NCBI GenBank assembly: GCA_965227685.1
Contig: CBDDGA010000002.1
Span: 1,732,393-1,756,392, forward strand
Direction: 5' to 3'
Origin: an uncultured Pseudohongiella sp.
Lineage (GTDB): Bacteria; Pseudomonadota; Gammaproteobacteria; Pseudomonadales; Pseudohongiellaceae
Length of the DNA: 24,000 bases
Positions 9,252 through 15,122 of the stretch are shown here, piece after piece. Below the pieces are notes generated by a model that was given only the letters and a program-made list of their open reading frames with translations, was not told the origin of the DNA and did not search any database. Each line of letters starts with the position of its first letter. Position 1 is the first letter of the stretch. A program made the translations under genes and the position numbers.

Positions 9252-9668
9252 TCAGTAAATTCCAGAAGCAGAAAGCAATAAGTCTTCTGGTTCGAATTCT
9301 TCATAAACCAGAGATGCATTTGGCTCTATCTCAGAAACCACATCCATTACCTGGCTACCGATACATATTCTGTAATGCTTGCAATGATCACTTTGAATCC
9401 CAGGCAGTGCATCCAGAGAGTCCAGCCACTCTGAAGCTCCGGATACTGAGAGAGGCTGGGAAGAACATTTTGCCAGCGCCCCATTGGTCCTTGATTCCTC
9501 GATTGAATATCGATAATGAAGAGGGAAAGGTTCGAACTTGATCTCAAGCTTGCTGCTCTCTTTGAAGTCACCCGATATGTAGATGCTCAACGAAGATGCA
9601 TTTGTATCAAAACGAAGTCCGTCGTAGTCATAATCCACTTCACTTAACTTTTCGAAAGTATTCACCAA
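9252..9668 (-). CDS. Hypothetical protein, about 138 aa, no family recognised
   Basis: The track ORF 9252-9713 opens with GTG at 9713 and has no SD. A strong AAGAGGAGG lies inside it, 6 nt before an in-frame TTG (9668) and 9 nt before GTG (9665), so I prefer the shorter start. I see no recognisable motifs. It sits directly upstream of the PKS gene on the same strand. Confidence 0.5.
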   Translation of the reverse strand: MVNTFEKLSEVDYDYDGLRFDTNASSLSIYISGDFKESSKLEIKFEPFPLHYRYSIEESRTNGALAKCSSQPLSVSGASEWLDSLDALPGIQSDHCKHYRICIGSQVMDVVSEIEPNASLVYEEFEPEDLLLSASGIY

Positions 9669-9783
9669 TGCATACCTCCTCTTAACTCGGTAGGTTTGAG
9701 CGATTCCGCTCACTTATGGAGACTTACTATTGGTTACTGCCAACTAGGACTTTCTACTGCAAACACGAAATTTGCGGATTGCT

Positions 9784-9795
9784 ACTGACGTCAGT
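9784..9795. promoter_or_regulatory. Perfect 12-bp palindrome ACTGACGTCAGT upstream of the 138-aa ORF
   Basis: Read directly. It is self-complementary over all 12 positions and lies about 115 nt upstream of the preferred start at 9668. Confidence 0.3.
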
Positions 9796-10043
9796 CAATT
9801 AAACTTTGTGTGTATAATTCCTTTTAACTCAATAGCCACTAGTCGGCATGTAACGACTATACAAATGAGTCTCACACAAAGTTATTTTGGTGCGTACTAC
9901 CACTTCTTCTAGGTGGCTCGCACTCAATGAGAGAAATTCAAGAATTGGGTTTTGAAGGTTGGAGATTTACCCACACGGTAGCTATAGAAGTGCGAGCAAG
10001 AAGTGGATCGAATTCTTCCAGGTGTCTATTACTGCAGCTTGAG

Positions 10044-10820
10044 TTAATAATTTCCGATTACGTTCCTGCTCCTGGCGACAGCTTCCAGGTACTTGTAAAT
10101 CAATAACCCAGCCACGAAGAAGACAGCCGAGTTAAGAACAACAATAATCAAATGCATTACTTCAAGTTGAGAATTCTGCAATATGACATTCTTGGTCATT
10201 CCGATTGCAGGGTAATACGGAAACAGATTCATCAGACTGTTGTCACCTATGTCCAGAATCGGAACAGTCAATACCAGCAATATCGTTCCCATAATTACGT
10301 TTGTCGCATAAACATAAGCCTTCCCCATCTGTAATCTCAGCCCGCATATTACAAATCCAATTCCAAGAATGGATGGAACTGACAACAACAGAACAAGAAG
10401 CAATGTAAGATAGTCCAGGCTTGGCCAGCGGCCTAATAACTGAATTGCAACCACAGCTAACATAACGGTAAATACAATTGTGTGGAAGGTATAGGCCAAC
10501 ACTCTGGTTGTTATAATCAGCGGCAAGGAATTGCGAGAAATTAACAGCTGCTGAATGAACCCATCAGCACCCATTACTTCGATTGTATTTACGGCAGAGT
10601 AATAAATCAGAGTCCCGTAAACCCAAAGAATATACCCGACCAAAAGCTCGTCCGCCAAAGCAAAAGGTTCTTTTACGGGCACAGACCCTATCAGCCAATA
10701 ACAGATTACAACTAGCACAAGAGTACGAAAAACGGCAAATGAAACGATATCAAACCAATAACGCCTGACATCCAGCAACATATTTGCATTTTCATTCACT
10801 AACAGGGGAAGCAATCTCAT
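10044..10820 (-). CDS. Integral membrane protein, ABC-2-type transporter permease-like (about 6 TM helices)
   Basis: 258 aa and almost entirely hydrophobic, with about six predicted helices (for example FDIVSFAVFRTLVLVVICYWLIG, LTLLLVLLLSVPSILGIGFVICGL, LIIVVLNSAVFFVAGLLIY). Its size and its position downstream of an ABC NBD-like gene fit an ABC-2 permease. No diagnostic motif can be verified by eye. Confidence 0.55.
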   Translation of the reverse strand: MRLLPLLVNENANMLLDVRRYWFDIVSFAVFRTLVLVVICYWLIGSVPVKEPFALADELLVGYILWVYGTLIYYSAVNTIEVMGADGFIQQLLISRNSLPLIITTRVLAYTFHTIVFTVMLAVVAIQLLGRWPSLDYLTLLLVLLLSVPSILGIGFVICGLRLQMGKAYVYATNVIMGTILLVLTVPILDIGDNSLMNLFPYYPAIGMTKNVILQNSQLEVMHLIIVVLNSAVFFVAGLLIYKYLEAVARSRNVIGNY

Positions 10821-11068
10821 ACGTAACCACCATTAATTCTTTGTCTTCTCGCAGTTCAAAATATATCAAAGCTTCAACTAAGAATCGGAAGGCCAGTGAT
10901 ATTGTTTAGCTATTCTGAGACTGTCATAAAATGATCTGATTTAACATCAATTTTCATCTTAATATGCCTCAAACTGATCGCCCCAAATATTAAATCAATG
11001 TTTAAGAATTAACTTCAAAATTCAAAAATGATCTGTGATATCAATCAATTTGTCCTCATAACGCTGTT

Positions 11069-11746
11069 TTACTGAATCAAACCATCAAATCCCTCGACGT
11101 TTCCGTCGTAGCTTACGCATCCTTCTTCAATCAGAAGAACACGATCACATAGACCTTTTAAATATCCAGCGTCATCGGTTGCTATCAACAAGCACTGAGA
11201 TTCGTCATCAATTGACTGGTCCAGAATTTCCTGCAAATAAGGGAGAGATAAAGTAGAAAGCGACTCCTCAGGGGTATCGATAATTATCAGCCGAGGATTG
11301 TGAATAATCGCACATATAATCGCTGCCCGCTGCCTATATCTTAAAGATAATGTCCCTATTTCTTCATCTCGAGATTCTTCCAGCCCAAATCTATGAAGCA
11401 GTTTCTCCAGCTCCTTCGAACAATCCTGCCTACTCATTCCTCTTAAAACACCAAGGTACAGCGCATTTTCAACCACGCTCATTCTGTGATTCAAATTGCC
11501 GTCGCCCTCAAGAATAATACCAATCTCATCGCCACAATTAACTTGTTTTAACAGCGACTTTCCTTGCAAACATATTTGACCGGAATCCCAGCTCGTTAGC
11601 TTACATATAGATCGTATTAAAGAGGATCTGGTCACATCTTCTCCTCCCAGTATTGCAAGCCGTTCACCAACATTTGCGGTAAAACTTATTCCATCAAGTA
11701 CTTTTCGTCCTTTGAGTGACTTTACAAGATCCTTTACTTCTAACAT
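11069..11746 (-). CDS. ABC-transporter nucleotide-binding-domain homologue with degenerate catalytic motifs (225 aa)
   Basis: The overall NBD layout is clear: MLEVKDLVKSLKGRKVLDGISFTANVGERLAILG..., ...LSLRYRQRAAIICAIIHNPRLIIIDTPEESL..., ...LCDRVLLIEEGCV. I take the start at ATG 11746, the typical NBD N-terminus, 16 nt after the luxR stop. The track start at 11797 would overlap luxR by 35 nt. Confidence 0.75.
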   Translation of the reverse strand: MLEVKDLVKSLKGRKVLDGISFTANVGERLAILGGEDVTRSSLIRSICKLTSWDSGQICLQGKSLLKQVNCGDEIGIILEGDGNLNHRMSVVENALYLGVLRGMSRQDCSKELEKLLHRFGLEESRDEEIGTLSLRYRQRAAIICAIIHNPRLIIIDTPEESLSTLSLPYLQEILDQSIDDESQCLLIATDDAGYLKGLCDRVLLIEEGCVSYDGNVEGFDGLIQ

Positions 11747-11762
11747 TCTCAATTCCCATCTT

Positions 11763-12551
11763 TCATTGAACAGGTAAGTCCGGTTTAACAATTCCATACA
11801 TCAGCGCTTTGGCAACTGCGTGCTGACGATTGCTGGCGCTCAGCTTTTCCATGCTATTCTTCAGATGAAAATTTGCTGTACTTACTGATACTTCTATAAT
11901 TTTGGATATTTCCCACGCTGTTTTCCCTTCGCATGCCCAAAAAAGACATTGCTTTTCTCTTTTAGTCAGCTTGAAGTCGTTGTCGCCATCGGGCTGCTGC
12001 GTCTTCATTGTTTCCGACTGACCAAGAATGCAAGTGCGCAGCCAGGGAACCAGAACCAGTGCTTTCTTGAGTTCTTTATCCGTTTGTTCACTCGTTCTGT
12101 TTGAAGAGAAACTCAATAGAACATAGTCTCCCGCAGGTGATTTGAATGAAAATGAGACACCGCTTAATTGCCCATTCGCATTAATCAACTTGAAGAAGTC
12201 CTGATAATGCTCCTTCTTATATAGATCCAGCTCAATCAGCTCATCCCATCGTATCGGGGTGGAATTTGAAATTGCGTAGTGAAGCATTGGATCCACAAGG
12301 TACAACTTATTTTTTTTGTACTTAGTGGCCCATTCATCTGCTTGCGTTGTATTCACCAGCACGTTGAAGCACGTGAGTGATGTTGGACTACATACGCACA
12401 TGAAGTAGTTATCAAATCCCAGAACATCAGTAATCATCGGCAATCTAAGCTCAGGGCTTTCAACGTTGATTATTTGCTCCAACTGTTGAATGGTCTCTTC
12501 GTAGCCCGACCCGATTGAATCCACATTAATCTCTTTAGATGCGAAGCTCAT
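11763..12551 (-). CDS. LuxR-family quorum-sensing transcriptional regulator (autoinducer-binding domain plus C-terminal LuxR HTH)
   Basis: The N-terminal domain has W-x3-Y-x8-DP-x13-W (WATKYKKNKLYLVDPMLHYAISNSTPIRW) with the same spacing as TraR W57/Y61/D70/P71/W85 and LasR W60/Y64/D73/P74/W88, followed by GQLSGVS (the G113 region). The C-terminus LTKREKQCLFWACEGKTAWEISKIIEVSVSTANFHLKNSMEKL is a canonical LuxR/GerE HTH. AGGAG lies 9 nt upstream of the ATG. The start overlaps the upstream gene by 17 nt. Confidence 0.85.
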   Translation of the reverse strand: MSFASKEINVDSIGSGYEETIQQLEQIINVESPELRLPMITDVLGFDNYFMCVCSPTSLTCFNVLVNTTQADEWATKYKKNKLYLVDPMLHYAISNSTPIRWDELIELDLYKKEHYQDFFKLINANGQLSGVSFSFKSPAGDYVLLSFSSNRTSEQTDKELKKALVLVPWLRTCILGQSETMKTQQPDGDNDFKLTKREKQCLFWACEGKTAWEISKIIEVSVSTANFHLKNSMEKLSASNRQHAVAKALMYGIVKPDLPVQ

Positions 12552-13479
12552 TTGATTCCGCTCCTATATAGATGCTGTTTTCTTTAAGGATACTTTTGTA
12601 TTGCTTGCAAGATTCGCGAACCATTCTGCTACTCGACATAAGCCCTTCATCGAGGATCTTTAATGAACTGTCGTGCTCTTTACAATTTGACGCTCGCGCT
12701 TTTATAGCTTCAAATCTCAGCCGTTCATTAGAATGCTTAGAGGAGATATCTTTTAGGATTTGTTCACTGCCCTCTGGCTCGAGCATCGCTGCGGAGTAGA
12801 TTAGTGCCTGCAGCCTGTTCTCACCCAATATCGATTTGATTTTTGATGATCTGATATCAAACTCGTACTGGTTCTTGTATGCAGTGTTTCTGTTTATTTC
12901 TACCAGGTTTAGAGAGATCGACATACTTTCTGGAGGGTGTTGTACGTGTACGTCCTTGTGAGCCCTATATAGCATCACATCTCCTGCTCTGAGGTACTCC
13001 TCTCCGCAGTATTTTAGGTCTACTACTTCGCCCACAAACCCCGCGACTGAATCATGGTCATACTCATACAAGTCAGTTCTATATCCAGGCCCAAGATATC
13101 CAACAGTCAAAAAGTTGAAATTGTGGTCATGGCCCAGCCCATATGAAAATGCACTTGCCCCGCTGCTTCCATAAACGAAGTCGTTTTCAGAAGGCCAGAA
13201 GTTAGCCCGGATCATGTATTGCTTTTTCTGATCCAGACTTAACAGTATTACTTGAGGAACATAGTTATTCTCAAGCCCGATATTGGACAGGTCTTCCTCA
13301 AGCTCCCTCATTACATAGTCTGCGAGGAAAGACTTATTGTTGGAAAGCGCTTTCAGCAAAGGAGCTACTTCTCTGTATGATTGCTGGTCTGCAGGATCAA
13401 AATTTGCCTGCTCAAGTTGTTCAATAAATTCATCCAGAGCTAAAGATCCACATTCATCGACATTTATCTTGATTGACAT
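12535..13479 (-). CDS. Cupin-like protein with an H-x-H...H (thiol-dioxygenase-like) motif and a C-terminal helical HEAT-like tail (314 aa). Paralogue B.
   Basis: GGAGG lies 8 nt upstream of ATG 13479, so the track's MRREDLI extension is unlikely. The core YMIRANFW...GLGHDHNFNFLTVGYLGPGYRTDLYEY (HDH codons 13123-13131) resembles cupin motif 1 of cysteine dioxygenase as I recall it (..[32 protein letters not shown]). A later AHKDVHVQHPPE supplies candidate third-His residues. The C-terminus is alpha-helical and repeat-like. Confidence 0.6.
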   Translation of the reverse strand: MSIKINVDECGSLALDEFIEQLEQANFDPADQQSYREVAPLLKALSNNKSFLADYVMRELEEDLSNIGLENNYVPQVILLSLDQKKQYMIRANFWPSENDFVYGSSGASAFSYGLGHDHNFNFLTVGYLGPGYRTDLYEYDHDSVAGFVGEVVDLKYCGEEYLRAGDVMLYRAHKDVHVQHPPESMSISLNLVEINRNTAYKNQYEFDIRSSKIKSILGENRLQALIYSAAMLEPEGSEQILKDISSKHSNERLRFEAIKARASNCKEHDSSLKILDEGLMSSSRMVRESCKQYKSILKENSIYIGAESNELRI

Positions 13480-13492
13480 AATTAAGTCCTCC

Positions 13493-14416
13493 CTACGCAA
13501 AACTACAGTTAATTAGTTGCCATGTTTCTTCTGCGGCATTTCTGACTAGATCACTTGGATCCAGAGAAGCCATTTTTTCCAGTGCAGTTAATGACTCGTT
13601 AGTATCGAGCGCGATCAGCTCCCGCATGATGTGCCATCTGACCTGGGCATCAGGATGCGAAAGATATTTCTGAAGCAGGCTGAACGAATCAGCTCTTCCC
13701 AAGAGTCTTAGCAGAGTCGAATACATCAAGACTCTTGATGAATTTAGTGACCCATGGCACTGCTCTATCAAAGTGCAACTGCTTTTATCGTATTCCCGGA
13801 CTAAAGCGTTTTCGTCTGGTAGAACAACTGCCTGAATAACTACTATAGAATTCGAAGCCGATTCGAAGGCGAAGGTCTCAATGTTCCCGTCCTGCACCAG
13901 AATCTGGCCATCATGCACTTTCAGTGATCCGGCATCTTGACAATGCTGAGCACCAGCTTCGGAACATCGCCACATTCCTATTTTGCAATCCCCGGACTTT
14001 ATAAATTTCGTAATTATTGTCTGACCAGGGAATACCAGGATTGCATCTTGTTCATTTTCAAGAAGGTTGGCGTCAAAACAGTTTAGAGTTATCTGAAGCT
14101 TTTTATGGTTAAACAGCGTCAGACTTGAAACAGCACCCTTCTGATACCCTCTACAAGGAGGAAGGTAGCTTGTGTCTTCCCTGACTGCTTCCAGCCAGGG
14201 AATCACAAACTCTTTTCTGTCAGTCAGGTAATCAACCAGGCTGTAGGCAAGTTCAATAATTTCATCTGTATCTACCGAACTGCACTTAAGAGCTTCATTC
14301 AGAATTGAGAAATCACTTTCCAGATCGAAGCTTCCCGGGTGGTAGTTTTCTACACTCGCCACACTTCCTTTGAACTTCTCTTTGCATTCATTCAATATAA
14401 GGTTACAGTTGCTCAT
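13493..14416 (-). CDS. Paralogue A of the downstream cupin/HEAT-like protein. It lacks the His ligands and has a C-terminal HEAT-like repeat (307 aa).
   Basis: By-eye alignment to the 314-aa neighbour: YLTDRKEFV with ALSNNKSFL; SLTLFNHKKLQITLNCF with LLSLDQKKQYMIRANFW; ESASNSIVVIQAV with ESMSISLNLVEIN; REYDKSS with YEFDIRSS. VFPGQ occupies the HDH position. The C-terminus HPDAQVRWHIMRELIALD...LDPSDLVRNAAEE looks like HEAT / PBS-lyase-type repeats. GAGG lies 9 nt upstream of the ATG. Confidence 0.6.
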   Translation of the reverse strand: MSNCNLILNECKEKFKGSVASVENYHPGSFDLESDFSILNEALKCSSVDTDEIIELAYSLVDYLTDRKEFVIPWLEAVREDTSYLPPCRGYQKGAVSSLTLFNHKKLQITLNCFDANLLENEQDAILVFPGQTIITKFIKSGDCKIGMWRCSEAGAQHCQDAGSLKVHDGQILVQDGNIETFAFESASNSIVVIQAVVLPDENALVREYDKSSCTLIEQCHGSLNSSRVLMYSTLLRLLGRADSFSLLQKYLSHPDAQVRWHIMRELIALDTNESLTALEKMASLDPSDLVRNAAEETWQLINCSFA

Positions 14417-14463
14417 TATTCTTTGCCTCAGCTCTTCTAGTTAATTTTCAGACTCAGAAGGTG

Positions 14464-14610
14464 TTACCAACTAACAGGTACTGGTGAATCAATAACGCAT
14501 TGAATCCCACCTACGAAGTTGAGATGATGGCTTCTGGCCATAGCTGTTTTAATTTCAAGTTCGGGCAATGCCATGATGTTGAAGTTTGGGTTATTTTCCG
14601 AGGCTCTCAT
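14464..14610 (-). CDS. Small ORF, 48 aa: MRASENNPNFNIMALPELEIKTAMARSHHLNFVGGIQCVIDSPVPVSW. Candidate precursor or signal peptide.
   Basis: It is not in the track because it is below the 60-aa cutoff. AAGGAG lies 6 nt upstream of ATG 14610 and the stop is TAA at 14464-14466. It sits 47 nt upstream of, and co-directional with, the paralogue pair. There is no independent coding evidence. Confidence 0.5.
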   Translation of the reverse strand: MRASENNPNFNIMALPELEIKTAMARSHHLNFVGGIQCVIDSPVPVSW

Positions 14611-14633
14611 TTCGTGCTCCTTAAGTTTCAATT

Positions 14634-14662
14634 AAAAAGAAATTTCGTCGTCTATCACGACG
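14634..14662 (-). promoter_or_regulatory. Dyad CGTCGT-N5-ACGACG followed on the minus strand by AAATTTCTTTTT. Either a terminator/attenuator-like hairpin or an operator, just upstream of the small ORF's SD.
   Basis: Plus-strand arms are at 14646-14651 and 14657-14662. The minus-strand transcript would read CGUCGU-GAUAG-ACGACG-AAAUUUCUUUUU. The dyad lies 36-52 nt upstream of ATG 14610. Confidence 0.35.
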
Positions 14663-14669
14663 TTTAAAT

Positions 14670-14695
14670 TGAAGATTTGTTTTTTTTAATCTTCA
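14670..14695. promoter_or_regulatory. Inverted repeat of 8 bp, TGAAGATT-N10(T-rich)-AATCTTCA
   Basis: Perfect arms at 14670-14677 and 14688-14695 flank a TGTTTTTTTT loop, immediately upstream of the dyad above. Function unknown. Confidence 0.3.
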
Positions 14696-14724
14696 GTAAG
14701 GAGTATATGTATCCGTACCACGAA

Positions 14725-15050
14725 ATATCCGGCTATATGACTAATGGTGATATTCGAGGATGAGCGGTATATAGGCGCGGATGTGCGTATTTGCCGGATA
14801 GAGAAAATCACCTGCTTTCGCCTGAAAGGCTGATTCCTGCTGGCATTGCGGGACTATGCTGAGCAGATATTTCCTGTTGAACGGAGTGCCAAATTGGAGG
14901 CATTTGTAGGGTATGGCGGGGCTTGTGCCGTTGTGAAATACGGCATATAGATTCAGGCCGGACTAGCTAAAAAGGTCCGGTCTGGGCATCTAGGTCATGT
15001 GCTTTTAGATGATGTAAGGAAAGTAGGCTTTATCCGAATAACCTACAAAA
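14725..15050. repeat. GC-richer intergenic island with several short CCGGA/TCCGG-centred palindromic units (REP-like)
   Basis: TATCCGGC (14727-14734) pairs with GCCGGATA (14802-14809). Hairpins TGCCGT-N8-ACGGCA (about 14926-14945) and CCGGAC-N11-GTCCGG (about 14957-14979). GGCTTTATCCGAATAACCTACAAAAT (about 15026-15051) recalls the enterobacterial REP half-site GCCTTATCCGGCCTACAAAAT. Confidence 0.25.
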
Positions 15051-15122
15051 TTTGACAGGAGCCTTGACGGAATGAATTCCATATTAAGACTTCATGCGGG
15101 AAACAATGATTAAAAATTAAAC

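Noticed and set aside
9285-9312. GGTTCGAAT string resembling a tRNA T-loop, within a TCTGGTT..AACCAGA hairpin
   Set aside because: It lies inside a coding region, and no acceptor, D or anticodon arms can be built around it. It is not a tRNA.
9314-9571. Overlapping ORFs 9314-9541 (+) and 9347-9571 (-)
   Set aside because: They are embedded in the 9252-9668 ORF in other frames. They have no RBS, and the longer ORF has a strong SD.
11747-11797. 5' extension of the ABC NBD ORF (MELLNRTYLFNERWELR...)
   Set aside because: It would overlap the luxR coding end by 35 nt. The NBD consensus N-terminus begins at the internal Met (MLEVKDL...).
13480-13500. 5' extension MRREDLI of the 314-aa cupin-like ORF
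   Set aside because: The GGAGG is positioned for ATG 13479, and the extension itself contains that SD.
14420-14463. Possible hairpin (CTTCTAG...CTCAGAAG) between the small ORF and paralogue A that could act as a precursor/enzyme ratio-setting attenuator
   Set aside because: The stem is only 5 bp plus a bulge, it is AT-rich, and there is no U-tract. That is too weak to call.
14707-14763. Divergent 18-codon plus-strand ORF (MYPYHEISGYMTNGDIRG) after TAAGGAG
   Set aside because: The SD-to-ATG spacing is only about 3 nt, the ORF is tiny, and it has no partner genes on that strand.
15005-15082. 25-codon minus-strand ORF (MEFIPSRLLSNFVGYSDKAYFPYII) that shares an NFVG string with the 48-aa peptide
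   Set aside because: It has no Shine-Dalgarno. The similarity is limited to about 12 nt and is most likely chance. A degenerate duplicate of the precursor gene cannot be fully excluded.
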